Notes: generated from the letters alone by a model not told the origin. DNA of 64,000 nucleotides from Trichoplax adhaerens (GCF_000150275.1 NW_002060943.1:12781694-12845693), one strand, 5' to 3'; shown: positions 27,276 through 41,670, counted from the first letter of the stretch. Numbers and translations are program-made.

Positions 27276-29137
27276 TCGCCGATAGTATGCCTGCTTTTTA
27301 CGTTTGCAAATATCGAATCGACAAGCCTGAAATACTCTGGCGTCTATCGCAACATCTTAGCCAAGAATGGCTACAAATGCCAAAAAAAATTAAACGCATT
27401 TCTGTCATAAAGGCCATTCAAAATGAAGTATCTTGTCAACACCATGTATTTGTGGTTACCTTTAGTTCATCTTTTGTAAAATCAGAATGTCGACTTAACT
27501 GATCAAAGACTGCTGCTACGGTACAAGGAATAGTTCAAGGTAGGATCAATCATTGTGTGCCGCAAGATTTTGTCCAAAATTTGCAAGCTATACTCCCTGC
27601 GGGTAAAAATGCTTTAAGAATAGGAAGGCTAATTTGCAATATTTCTTACTAACAGTGAATCGCACCAACTACTGCGTTGGCATGCATCTAATGCCGTCTA
27701 AATCAACATTGATCGCTAAACTAGGCGTTTTCTTTGCACAAAAGGCTTGAATATTTATAGATTTATACGTACAGTAAAATGATTTTAAGCTAAAGTAGAA
27801 AACAAAGATGTAAGGTATCACTGAGACTACATTCATGATACAGCGAATAAATTTTTTTAACTGCGAGAAGGGTTTTAATTTCTAGTTTCCTACTGGAAAC
27901 ATGAAATATATTTTTAGTCTTGCAATGACTCCAATGGCGCCATCATAAACCTTGATCAAGGATTGCAGCAGTATGAATGATGGCCAAACCCAATAATTAT
28001 TTAATACAATTATTGCAATGAATCTCACATCATTCGACATCAGCTTGCAGCTAGAATAAATGGTCGGTAAAAGGAAATATATAACGGTTGATGACCTCCT
28101 TGTTGTAAATGGCCAAGTTCAGAAAAGATCATAGTACAGAAGAACTTTGTTTTAATGTTGTACCACGTATCAATTATGAAAACAGCTTTCCAATCGTAGC
28201 TTACGACGAGTAGCTCCAATGATCAGCGACAGGACATATTGTCTCCCACATTAAAAGACATTCAGAAATATTTCTTACACTATCGCCTAGGACTTGCATC
28301 ACTAGCAATGCTATTATATAAAGTATCCAACTAATATTTTAATTTTAGGAGATCAATTGATCTCTCTTGATACATAGATGACAAATATTTTCCTTGTATT
28401 ACATTGACTTTAAAAGTATTAGCATCAACTAAAATAATGGCGATAGTAGCATTTTTCTCAGATGAATCAGGTGTATCGGATACCCTATTAATTGATATTG
28501 ATATTGCTATACCATCTATACTTTTCACATAAACCGAAATCTATATATTAAGCCGAAGAAAAATCGCATGATCAAGGCCTCCACTCTGTAATTAATTCGT
28601 AATATGCTATCTATAGTAGCTTGTTTAATAAAGTTCAATAGAATTGATATCATGTACATATACATTACAATAGCTGCAATATTTTCAGTAGTAAATTTGT
28701 TCATAAAGAGTAAGACGACTTAATACTACTAAAAGATGAGGCAGATTCCAAGTAATTTATTTAATTATATGCAGTTGGTACTAAATGGAAAGTTCATAAA
28801 TATATCATCCAACAGCTTATAATAGATGAAATGATTAATATGGCCATTAATATGAATATAGAAATATCTTGTAAAATAGTTAACACGAAGAACACTTTTA
28901 ACGTACTCATTTTACATACATGTCGGCATGGCTATAAGATATTATATCTGTGTCATGATTTAAAATAAGTTAACCTAACAAATACTATTATGTTTGTGTC
29001 GTAATTACAAATAAGTCAACTTAGCAAGTACATTATTTCCTTACAAACGAGTATGCGAGTATGTTAATAATTTCAACTTTTAGGTCATTAATTTGCAGTG
29101 GTCTAGAATATTCCTGTATCAGGTATGTAGGCTTATT

Positions 29138-31884
29138 TTAGCTTTGTTTCTCTTTCTTTCTTATTGCATACCAATTAAATACAGAAAAGAAGATAATTAT
29201 AAAGGATAACATTATTGCAGTATAGAGATAGAAAATATTTTCTTGCTTTAGTCGATCATTTTCCATTTCGAATGCTTTGTTGGACGACTTTAAATCACTT
29301 TCACTATACTTCAACAACGAAGGAATGATTTCATTCCAAAACATCGTGGCTGCTGGTATAAAATTTTTCTGGACTTTCAACTCTTTCCCAACTAAGAGGT
29401 ATTTTTTATCACTGTCGGTATAAGGAGTCCAACCATCAATATCGATTGGTTTTCTAATTATTGTAAAATATAATAAACATGTTTAACATACTTCCAATAT
29501 TGCTACATGGCACAACAGTATCATTCTTTATCACTGCCTAGATCTGTTATCGAAGTTGGAGTTTTATAGAGAAGCAATAAAGAATCAAAAATGGTGTTAG
29601 TGGTATCTTATTGTGGTTCCTAAAACATAAATTATGGTCAGTTAATGCTAAAATGGATTAATTTTAGCATTATTTATTGGATAGTGCATGATTGAATTAC
29701 AGCAAGGCCGAATTATGATTGAGTAAATTATCAAGCCAAGTTAAAGTATGGATCAAGTTATACTAAATTTCAGTGAGTTCAATAGCTAGATTACTAATAA
29801 ACTTACGCAACTTTGCGATTGTGATGATTTTGTGAATTTTAATTTCATACTGTTATCCATTTTTATGCTAAAATCGATACTATACGTGTATATGCAATCT
29901 CCTATAGCGCTGTAATTTAGACTACCCATTTGACCTTTAGACAGGGTTGTCTATATTTGCTTAATTAAGGTACTGATACAAAGCAATGTCGCTGGTTTTA
30001 CCATCGCTATTCTATTCGATATGTATCTCCTATATATTCACAAATGCATATATACTGTACATCTTGTATGCTATGCACATTAAAACTAGCCTTATCTTAA
30101 GCCAGCTTTATCCAGTCAAGCTGCCCATTTAAAAGAAGTTAGTAAAGGATAATGTATTGCTACGAAGAATGTTATAACATGTCGTCAAAGTGATGAATTA
30201 TTCATAGCTTAAAACGAATAAATTACGACAATTAAAAATAGCTATTTACCACTTAATCGATGCCGAGACTGTTTAAACTATCAAACTAACTCAAACATAG
30301 ACTCCACGCAAAATATCACCAGATTGTCTATCGCATTTTAATGTTAAAATAATCGACATATTACCCATTCTTAGCTAAACTGCTCATCATCTTCATCATA
30401 TGCTTGCTCACTTCCACATCATCTTCTGTATAATTATCTTTAATATAATCGGGTTGATGCAATGGATAACCAAAGATATATGGCACTTCCATCTGATGAA
30501 TAACTCCAGCATAATGTGGATAATATGCTGAACCAGCAGTAAATTGATCAAACAGAATCATGTACGAGGAATAATTATGCTCTCCTAATTTACTGGCAAG
30601 TTCAGCAGCGGGTGCTTGAAAAAATCCTTGAGTTAACATTCGATCGAGTAGATGGCGATTTTGAATGAAATCATTTACTTCCACATTACGAGTATATTCA
30701 TGGGTGATTAGGGAGCGAATGGTCTCAGGATAGTCACTGTAGATATAGTGAATCATTTTATCCAGTACTTGTCGAGGGATACCATATTCCGAGCCCGGAA
30801 GCTCAGCGCTAAATACTGCACCATCATCTTTTACTGTACTTATAAGTATATTATTCATTGGGTTGATCAAACCTTGATCAAGTAGTAGTCTAGGATTATC
30901 AAGTATAAATTCAGAACCAACAACAGGTCGAAATGGAAATCTTGACGACTTCATGGCTTCTTCTTGCGCTATTAATAATTCATCATGACTAAGTTGCTTT
31001 AAACACTCTACCGATTTTTCAACTGCATCTCTGCTGTTATTGCAAGATGTCTTTGAAAGAAACAAATCAAATTCCCCATCTAACTCTTCCCATCCTTGAT
31101 GATATGCTTCTTTCATCATATTTGTGCCACTAAATAAAGCCACACTATGAAACAAATCTCGACTCTCTGGAGACATCATATGATATGTTATAGAAAGGGA
31201 TCCTGCAGAATGGCCACTTAGCACAATGTTTTTCGCGTTACCACCAAAGTAGGCAATATTATTTTGTATCCATTTCAATGCTTGATTTTGATCCCACAAG
31301 CTCAAATTGGGTTCAATAATTACTTTATTAGCGGAGTTTCGAGTAGCAAGTAGCCCAAAAGATCCTAAACGATAATTTATCGTAACTACAATCACATTCT
31401 CATGACTAGCTAACGTTTGTCCATGCCACCAAGCTCCATTACCATGCAACATGCTTCCACCGTGAATCCACACAATAACTGGTAGATTATCCGATGCTAC
31501 AAGTGTAGGTGTAAAAACATTAACATAAAGACAATCTTCGCTGAAATTATATTCCGGACCATTTGGATTTGTTCGATCATAAAATGAGGTTGGAGATCGA
31601 TGTTGAGAACATGATGATTGGTAGTGGAAACACTGGCGTGTTTTTTTCCATTTCGATTTAATTGGCACAGCTCGTTGATAACGTCGTGAACCGATCGGGG
31701 GTAGGGCATACGGAATCCCTAGAAAGCTATAAATTGTATTATTAAGAATAGCTTCTTTCTTGCCTTGGATAGGACCATTTGCGATATTGATCGTGGCTGA
31801 ATCATCGTTATTGGCAGATATCAATACAGCTATAGAGAGCAAACCGGCATTAATGATAATCAGATACCGTAAAACATAAGCCAT
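29138..31884 (-). CDS. Type-B carboxylesterase B, C-terminal membrane anchor, ~611 aa
   Basis: Exons 31884-30365 and 29453-29138 (phase-2 intron, KNG|KPIDIDGWTPY). Same catalytic motifs (HGGS, GHSAG, DDG, HQMEVPYIFG); TM IFYLYTAIMLSFIIIFFSVFNWYAI; tail RKKEKQS. Confidence 0.93.
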
Positions 31885-32020
31885 ATCTTATACCAAGAAG
31901 ACGAAGCATCAATCTATCCTATCCAAAGCATTCGGGCAATAATCATTCGCAAGCCTGAAATTTGGGTTGTAAAATAAAATACAATATTAGTATACAGATA
32001 TTGTACCCTTGCCAAGACTA

Positions 32021-32200
32021 CTAGTGATACAATATCCGACAATTATCACAACCATTTTGCATAACACAGTACTTAATAGAATGCCATGGATTGAATTTTT
32101 CGCCACAGTAGAATGGCTAGCGATACAATATCAAACAATTTTTCTAACCATTTTGCATGACAGAGAACTTAATAGAATTACTTGGATTTAATTAATTTTT
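32021..32200. repeat. ~96-bp direct duplication just upstream of the esterase B start
   Basis: CTAG(T/C)GATACAATATC...ACCATTTTGCAT...ACTTAATAGAAT at ~32021 and ~32117. Confidence 0.75.
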
Positions 32201-33180
32201 AATTTTTATATTAGAATGGTTTATGTACGATATAAGCACGTGCCCATATCATATAATAGCTTTTCTACTAGTTATGCTTTGTTTTTTGATATTAGCATAA
32301 TTGGACCATACTTTGAGATAAATGATTGAAAAGATTATATTTTAAGTCTAGGGTTAGTAATCTACGTGTAGTAAAACTTTTTTCTGATGAATATTAACGC
32401 TGCCTGCAGTAGCATAAGAACAATGAATGAGCAATGATGTCAATGTTTCGGTATGAATGAGACATGATTATATATTAATGAGATTGTTAAATTGGTATAA
32501 ATATGATTATAGGTTGAGTCCAAAATTGGCTAAGCAATTATTATTTTACTTATAACTACAATTGTACACAATATGAATTTCTCTTCTAATTATAATCATT
32601 TAGAAGTAGCTTCGATACTATCGGATATGAATAATTGTAATCATATTATCAAAGATGACAAAACACTGAATAGAATATATCCTCAAAATTCTCTGTATTT
32701 GCTAATGGGATTTAATTCATACAGTATTGGCGAAAGGCTACGAGTGGGTTTTGATGATAAATATTAACGTAGCTCATGCAAAAACATAGACTTTATACAT
32801 ACGATATTGCAACAATTGAGTGAATCAATGTTACATTATTGCTCTTCCTATTGTAAATAAAACATTTTATGCAGACATTTAGATTAGACAAGATTAGTCA
32901 GAGTCAATGAGACATAAGTACCGTCTACATTGGCTTTGGGGACTAACTTGCTATATAGATTGATTCAAATTTCTTTTAAAAGTAAGTAGCAAATCTTTAG
33001 CTGCTACAAAAAATTTTGCCATTCTTATTGCATAGTAATAAAAAGAAATTGAAGCATATAAAATCCATGTAGCGAAATTATTGGCACAGATGATTGATGT
33101 AATTCATTTTTTATACCTGTAACTTTTATATACTGCTGGCTTCGAAAATTTCTTAGTTTGAAATTATTCATGTATCAAAC

Positions 33181-33312
33181 ATGAATTTAATTTACGATTA
33201 AGTTGGTGTTTGACTGATTTTCTGATATGTTTCTGCGGTCAACAAAATTTCATGCTAGCATTTTATTTGTAAATATATCAAACACCAACTTAATTTACAA
33301 TTTAAGGTTCAT
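33181..33312. repeat. Short inverted-repeat element (MITE-like remnant)
   Basis: Perfect 17-bp inverted repeat ATTAAGTTGGTGTTTGA (33197-33213) / TCAAACACCAACTTAAT (33278-33294), extendable imperfectly to ATGAA...TTCAT ends. Confidence 0.55.
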
Positions 33313-35765
33313 ATGGGCGACTTTCTGATAAAACAAAAAATTTGTAATCGATAAAATGTCCAGTTTAGATGCCAATTACTATAATAGCACAAATTATGCC
33401 GTATCTTTAAAAGGAAATGTAAGTTTTTGCGTTATGCTGCTTGTCTAATTGATTTATGAGTCAATCGCAAATTTACGATTGATTAACTTAAGTTAATCCT
33501 GTGATTCACTTAAGTTTCGATAAATCATTAATATCAAACTTTATTTCTAATACCAATTAAAATTCTCTCCGCTTCCGAGAAATAGCAAAAGTATAATGCT
33601 CCATTCACTATCTTCTATCATCTATGAATCTCATGGAAGCATCATAATGTAATTTATTTAAAATATTACAAGTAAATGCAAAATTTGAGATTTCTTTATC
33701 TCAAATCAATGGCTGTTAGTTCCTGTCCAACAAAAAACTGCCAAACTACGATTGAAAAATAGTTGTACATGCAATTTAATGAACATGCTTTGCCATCCTG
33801 AAAGGAATAACTAACTAGCTGTTGTTACTGTATCAAGATTAAAATTTCTTAAAACGGTGAATTTATTCCTGTATAGTAATTACATTTCATGCACTGAATA
33901 GACACAATTTATAATGCTAGTATAACAATTTATAATTCAATAGTGAATATTTCTATAATATAGGAAAGTACCGGTACGTACTTGTGACAAATTTCCACTT
34001 CTTAACCAGTGATTTGAAAGTTTAATTTTATTCACAAGAGGATAATGATGTAGATTGCCTTTAGTTGGTCTATCAGGAGAACTGGAACCTAAACGGTATC
34101 GGCCAAGAAGGTGCTAATATGGTGAAGGTACTGGTATGAATAATCAGTTAACAACTACGATAGATCATGAATATTTATGCATGCATTATTTACATAATGA
34201 TTACCTTCGCCAGAGATCACTTCAAATAAGCTTTTACTTGTCGAAAAGCGCCACCCGCAGCGGTGGCATGTATCCAATATCATCTAAGTCTAGAGCATTG
34301 CAAGATTTGACATGACTCCTGGAGTTAGTATTGATGATGCTAATGATTTAAGTCGGTGCACACAGTATTTACTAGTTGCAAATTTCTTGGCCTACAGCAT
34401 GAAATTGCAACTATCGAATCTAAAATCTACAGATATTTATAGTTATTAAAACACTAATTTTTATGGCTAGAGAAATTTCCGGCTGCAGGAATAATATAGT
34501 CTAGAGATTTTAGTAAATATATTAATAACCTTGTTTCATACTTGCAGAACTATACATTTAAGAGCATCATGTGTGTTTGTGTAAATGTTCCAATCCTTGC
34601 TCTTTATAGCTTTATAAATATCATACAGTAAGAGTAATAATTCATTCCTGTGCCATAACCATGCAACTTAAAATAGAATGATTAGTACACTATAGTTATC
34701 AAGAATCTGTAAATTGCAGAGTCTAATATCGAAATGATTCTGAATTGAGCGAAATTCACGCAAATAGTCAAAAATGTATAAACCACAGAATTTGGTTCTG
34801 TATTACGTTTATTTATCAAACCCTATCTTTCGTAGCCGCCTTTATTGCATAAAGACGTACGCAGATTGTACGCTAAAAAGTAAACGAAGGATAGTTGCGA
34901 TTCCACTTCGTATCATGAAAACTTTATGTTTTAAGAAAGGAATAAGAAACATACAATGATGTATCCGATTTGATCATTATACGTAATACTGAAGAACAAG
35001 TAGCGATAATTATATATGCAAAAGAACCAAGTAAGCCCCAAAAAATACATTTAAAACGTTTAAATAAGTAAAGAGATGAAATTCTTAAAATTTTGCTCTA
35101 TAGTATCAGAATATGATCGCTAGACGAGAGCTAAGAACGTTTAAATGGTCATCTATGAAAATCACTGTCTAGAATATCAACGCTACTTTGCTAGTGATAT
35201 GTAGGATAACTATTGAAAAGAATATTTAACATTTCGCGAGAGCTAGATAATAATAACAATGTGCTAACGATTATGGCATCAAGTTCCCTATGAATCTAGA
35301 ATAAAAATTTTTGGATAAATGAAGTATTTGATAGTTGAATAAATGCTAAATAGAAGTACTAGTTATAAATTGAAAGTAATAACTTGATCATCCATCAAGC
35401 CTTATTTCCTTCTTTAATAAATAGCCGATTAAATTTTTAGGCTATTGGTGATTAGTATTACCTTGATATAAATAAAAGTTCAAACAGGCATCCAACACCT
35501 TCTTAACAAAGATTGCCAAGATTAAATATCAGCAGAATTTACTTCTAGAAGAGCTGAATGATAGCTCATCTAAATATCTGTATTAGAAGTCCCCTCTTAC
35601 TGCCTATATGGAGCACCAAGATCTAATTTTATGAAAGGCTTGATACAGTGTAAATTAAAATTTTTACTGAAATCTGTAACTACCTTTATAGTCTGCCATC
35701 ATTTAAGATAGCAATTAGGCTACCAAAAGGGTATCATCTTATTATTCTCGAAAGCCTACTAGCAA

Positions 35766-38184
35766 TTAATCTTGTTTGTTTTTGTCTTTGTTTAAATACT
35801 GAACTAACAAAATAATACTAAATGAAAATGCCAGTGATCCAACAGTAATGTAAAAATAGTTTCTATTTTCCTTTCGTAATTTATCATTTCCCAGTTGACA
35901 TTTTATGAAAGACATTTGCGCGTCTGAATCACTTCGGTCTATAAGAGATGGAATCACTTTATTCCAAAATGTAGTTGCTTGAGGGAGGTAATTCTTCTCA
36001 ATTTTCAATGGATTTTTAATATGCAAGTAAGATTTGTTACTGGATGAATAAGGCTGCCAGTCTACATCAACTTCAGGTTTCCTAGATACGTGGACATCAC
36101 GAAATAAATTTAAAGCGAGAATTGAAATCTATATACATTGATCATGACTGGATTATAAGCAAATTGCCAGGATACTGTACGACTCTATAAATTCTTATAT
36201 AGCTTATCCATACAGTGGTTGTTATTAAATTTTACGTTCGAGAATCTATTAAATCATTTCATTTGTAAAACTAAAGCGATTTGTAAGTAATGCTATGTAA
36301 TTACAAAAATCTTATTTCATGCAAAATGAAATTATCAGAACATGCTACTTTTAAACCACATTCTCAATGCCTTAGATATTTCTAATTGAAATCAAGAAAG
36401 TAGCACTTAATAAATGAGAAGTAATACTTATTCGTCTTCAAAATGGGCCAGTCAATTGATTTAAAAGTAGGCACTATTTCTATGCATTAGCATTCATTTC
36501 CATGGAGTATTGTTGTATTCGCTACTTGGTAAATAAGTCTATCATGTTACCGTAAAGGAAAACTCTCTCATTTGTGTTTCTTTTCTTAATTTACATTCAT
36601 ATCAAAACTAAAGTATTCCTTTAATCCTGTTAGACTACCAGACATAACTACTAAACATCATTAAAGCCATAATACTGACCCATTTCGAGCTAGACCACCA
36701 ATTATTTTCATCATGTTGATGCTAACTTGCCGATCGTCTTCAGTATAATTATCTTTAACGTAATCTGGATGATGTAGTGGATAACCGTAAATGTAAGGTA
36801 TCTCCATCTGATGTATAACTCCACTGTAGGATGGATAATAAGCTGATTGTTCTGTCTTTTGATCAAATATAAAGACGAAAGCAGGATAACCTCGTTTAGC
36901 TAATTGAATTGCCAATTCATCAACAGGCGCTTGAAACAGTGCTTCTGTTAGAAATTGATCCACCATTTGTCGATTTTTAATCAAGTCATTAGGAAGAGAG
37001 TAATCAGTGTAATGATGAACTATAAGGGACCGAATCTCGTCTGGATAACTATGATAGAATCCATAAACCATTTGATTTAATAGTACGCCTGGAAAACCTT
37101 GTTCGTAACCTGGTATAGTAGCGCTAAATACAGCACCATCGTTGGCAGTGGTACCAATGATAACGTTGACTGGGTTAAAGGAGCCTTGAGATATTAGAAG
37201 GGCTGGATCATCTGGTAGGAAGTAGGAATCAACAATTGGCCTAAAAGGATAAATAGCAGCCATAGATGCTTGATGCTGAGCAGTTAATAGATCTTCAGTG
37301 CTCAATTTTTGTAAACATTCGAGAGATTGTTGAGGAGTGAAATGGCTGTCATTGCATGAGGTCTTTGATCGAAAGAGGTCAAAAACACGATTAGAATCGG
37401 ACCATTTTGTATAATAGACGTCCTTTAACAAGCATGTACCTCCATATAAAGCGGCACTTCGAAATAAACCCCGACTTTGAGGCGATATCATATGATAAGT
37501 GGCAGAAATAGAACCCGCAGAATGGCCTGCTATAACAACATTCGTTGGATCGCCTCCAAATGCAGCAATGTTATCGCGTACCCAAGTTAAAGCCAAATGC
37601 TGATCTAATAAGCCAATATTAGCATCAATAACTGTATTTCCGTCGGAATCTTGAACTGTTAGGAAGCCAAGTGAACCTAATCGGTAGTTAATACTGACTA
37701 CCACTACATTCTCTTGAGATGCAAGTGTTTGACCATGCCACCAAGCCGCGTTGCCAACTCTCAAACTACCTCCATGGATCCAGAAAATAACCGGCAATTT
37801 ATCGGATGATTTTAATGAAGGTGTCATTATATTAAGGTATAGACAGTCTTCATTTAATTGCCAAGAAGGATCATTAGGATCCGTTCTCTCGAAAAATGCA
37901 GCCTCCAAGCGCTGCTGAGGACAAGACGCTTGAAATTGGATACTTTCTCGCGTTTTCTCCCATTTAGATTGAATTGGAACAGCTCGCTTGAAACGTCTTG
38001 CTCCGATCGGTGGTTCTGCATATGGAACTCCTAAAAACTGATAAATGGTCTTGCCTAAGACGACATCTTCCTTTCCACGGATTAAACCTTTATCGGTTTC
38101 AACAACGTTATTATCAGCTAGAACAGGTGTTAAAAGATAGGCTAGAAAGCAAGCTAGGATATTTGTCGCTAAAGATTTAGCCAT
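35766..38184 (-). CDS. Type-B carboxylesterase C, C-terminal membrane anchor, ~606 aa
   Basis: Exons 38184-36680 and 36081-35766 (phase-2 intron, RNG|KPEVDVDWQPY). Motifs FLGVPYAEPPIG, NEDCLYLN, HGGS, GHSAG, NDG, HQMEIPYIYG; TM YFYITVGSLAFSFSIILLVQYL; tail NKDKNKQD. Confidence 0.93.
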
Positions 38185-41100
38185 TACTTCGTTATTTAGC
38201 TAAGAATTGGTTGATTTCTTGGTTTCGACGCCTAGTGTGATAAATTAGCATACGGCCACAAGTTACATCCACGACTAGTTGCTGTGCTAATTAAGGACAG
38301 ATTTAAATAATTAGCAATTATAGAATAGAATTGTGTATCATCAGCGGTTAAGCTCACAGCATTGGAGCTGGTGTTTGAGCATCGTTGTTGCTATGCTAAC
38401 TAATCTTGCCGACGCCCATCTTATAGCGACTAGGTAAATAATTTAGACTATTAGGCTTGCCGATACATTACTAGTTACTAGATACTAGTTATACCTTGTA
38501 GTCGTATTGATTTTACGGCACCTACGGCGTGTTTGTGATATATTATAGTGATATAGTAGTAAGAACTTCTCATGACTTATTCATATAAAGTATCGCAAAC
38601 ATGATATCGATTAGCCTATAAATATATATATATCATATACATAGATAAATATATATACAAATGACGTCAACATCATTTACAGTTCTAGTGTAGCCATTTA
38701 GCATCCCAAACAGTTCGTAAAGGTTTCTACTATTTACTGTCTCATACACTGTATTCTTAATATTGAAATAGCAAAGGATTTGAATGAGAGCATCTAGCCA
38801 AACCGGTTAACCTGTCAAATTGCTAAAACCGCAAAATCTGATTCGAGATGATATTCATCCGTAGTAATTTATTTTAAGCGGTCCTACCATATGATCATGT
38901 ATTGCTATCTTCATGTTTACTCTTATTTACGACAATACTAAAAATAGTTCATAATAACATCTAATAACGTCATCCACGAACAAGCTATACCAGATTACAT
39001 GGCTTACTATAGTATTATCACTGATCTTGCTTTGAATCAACGCTAAAGATTATAAAATATTATCATCTTCTTAAAAATTTTTCAAATATTGTATACGTAG
39101 TTGTGTACGAAGTATTTCCTGAGAATTTGTCCTTCGTAATTAGGATGCTTTGTGATCAATACCGATAATTATAAATTTCGATTTACTTAAAAGTTGTCCC
39201 AAATATTGTAATTAGACATTTATTAATACTTAAGCTATTCCTGAGAATCTGTCATCGGAAAGGATATCGAAAAAGAATGCTTGAAGATACGAACGCTGAT
39301 AAATCTCTTTTTCACAATACGGTAGTATCATGCTATGTTTGAAATAACTATACTATGTATTACCCTAGATATTCAGGATGAGAAATATCAAATTATATAA
39401 ATTTTCTGCCCTAAATTCCATATTTATAGTTTTATCTGTCTATGGATTTAATGCAGATAGGTGCTTCTGCTCAAGCCTAATCATAGACGAAAGGCAAATT
39501 GGTAATACTAAATTTGGTACAGAGCTTATTCATCGAAATGTGTAATAAAACTCTAAATAGTCCTATCCTATAACACTTGCCCCATATATTCGTAGATAGT
39601 TTTCTTCAACCAATCTATTCCAACTGATATAATAATGCAATAACTACCAAATTTCAGTAACTCATTTTATTATCCTGCATTATGAAAACGACAGATAATT
39701 ATAAAATGCAGTCTCATTGCTATCCCACGTAAATTCTAACTAATTAAACCAATTAAGGCAACTGTCGTCAAAATATGGCCAAAAATTAGACTTGTAAAAT
39801 TTTGATATAAAAAACAATTACGCTATAAATATATGCACGTAATGGCACTAACTATAGCAAGGGAAATGTCTTAAAATGAACGATATCATAATTTTTCCAT
39901 AGGTAAAGTCATTGATTAGTGACTCTTGTATCCTATATGGCAGCATATTGTAGTAATAACTCAATAATTTTAAGGCTAACTGCCAAAAAATAAGTGTAAA
40001 CAATTAAAGTATGATCAGTAAGAGCCTAAAAGCAAAATTTTCTATCGCTAAGAGCTTTATTTGATTCGATATTTTTAGCTTAACAAGATACATTTATATG
40101 TCCAAATTATTTGAGCATATTATTTGGCCTTAGCAAAGCCTAGATATGACAGACAACATTCGAGTTCGAAAAGCGGAGAACTGTAATAATTATACCGCCA
40201 AAGATTGAATAATAAGACCAAGTTATTTTAAGATTTCAAATATAAGGCTATTATAAGGCCACAAACTGCTACATAGGAACGAATTAAGCCAGAGTTTACG
40301 ATCAGGATACATGCTAAGATAGTACTCACTAATTAAGTATCTAATGTAAATAATTATGTCTCTTTCATAAAGTAACTGTTAAGGATCGCGTCGACTTTTA
40401 TTTATAAACAGGGTTGATAGCTGCTTATGAAATGTTAAATAAAGATTATAGTCTTAACTATTTAAGTCAGAAAATAGTTTCTGCCAATTTTAATTAATCA
40501 CTATACTTTAGAGCTCGTCCCAACTAGAGTAAAATGCTTAATATTAAAATAAATCTAGTGATCTTATTCCTGGTGATTTTCTAACACTTAAATGCTTGGC
40601 TACAATTGCCAATGCATTAAAAGAAATGAACTAAAAATGAAATCCTATTGTACCCTACCAACTATGGGTACAACAACTGCTGGTAATAAGAAATTACCTT
40701 ATTCGTATATTATTGTTAGTTGGTCAATGTTATTGATATTTATAAATAAACTCTATTACCCTTTAAAATTATCATCAATTGAGGCGTTATGGTTATTCGA
40801 ATGAATGGTCTATAGTTATTTCAGTATGAAACCACAAATTATCAGTTACCTGTGAACAAAATTTATCGTTTTTATCATGAGATACACTATGTCAAAATAA
40901 GATAATCTATTTGTTCAAATACTCTGCCTAATTCAAGTTAAGAAATAAATTGGCTGTCAGTTCGTATACTTCTTACAATAAGCTAACATATACAGAATGA
41001 TATCAAATCACAACCGTAATAGAACGCTTATTTCTCTCAAAATATCAATTCTACAATAGCTTATCACGGTCTTTTTAAAATATCTTATTGCTTTCTATTC

Positions 41101-41657
41101 TTAAGACAAAAGTAGTGAAGACCCATGCAAGACTGGAAATTTGTAAGAAACAATTCATCCTTGTGTATCTCCCATTGAGCAAGCGATGGAGATTTTTTAA
41201 ACTCTTAAGTGGTTGTTTCGTGTTAAATGGAGAAACTAAGAAAATTATTTGTATTTCATTTTAGTACCCAGTTTGCTACTGGCAATTTATTTTTGCTGTA
41301 TATAGCGATCAACAGTCAACTATTTGATTATTTATGACATAATACGGGCTATTTTAATGTAGATTATTTTTATAAAGCTGGTCTAATATTTCAATAGATG
41401 CTTTCCAAGGCTATTTCAACTACTAATTCTTTACCTGGAAAGTATTCTAAAACATCAATACAGGGTGGAGTTTATTGACATTAGCAGAGCTTCGACACAA
41501 TAGCGATCAGCCAATCCTATAGCAATTCTCTAATTTAGAACAATAAAAATATAACTTATGTTTTGCATGATAGTTTACGCCTAATACATTATTTTCCACA
41601 TTTCTGCGTAGGAGCCTGACTGCACTATAAGTTAATTAAAACGAGACAACGTGAAGT

Positions 41658-41670
41658 TATATATAAAAAA
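41658..41670 (+). promoter_or_regulatory. Candidate TATA box of the short mucin gene
   Basis: TATATATAAAAAA about 135 nt upstream of the ATG at 41803; weak evidence in an AT-rich genome. Confidence 0.25.

Noticed and set aside
27287-28550. Possible decayed coding fragments between esterases A and B
   Set aside because: The frames read are interrupted by stops and no family could be recognised.
24704-36680. ORF-track C-termini of the esterases (ARRE*, AKNG*, NGSVLWL*)
   Set aside because: Each runs through a GT donor at the same phase-2 position. The conserved WxPY and FWN elements lie in the second exon.
24708-38184. Calling the esterases acetylcholinesterase or neuroligin
   Set aside because: They lack the AChE choline-site Trp and FGESAG. 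Unlike neuroligins they keep the nucleophile Ser and have no long PDZ-binding tail.
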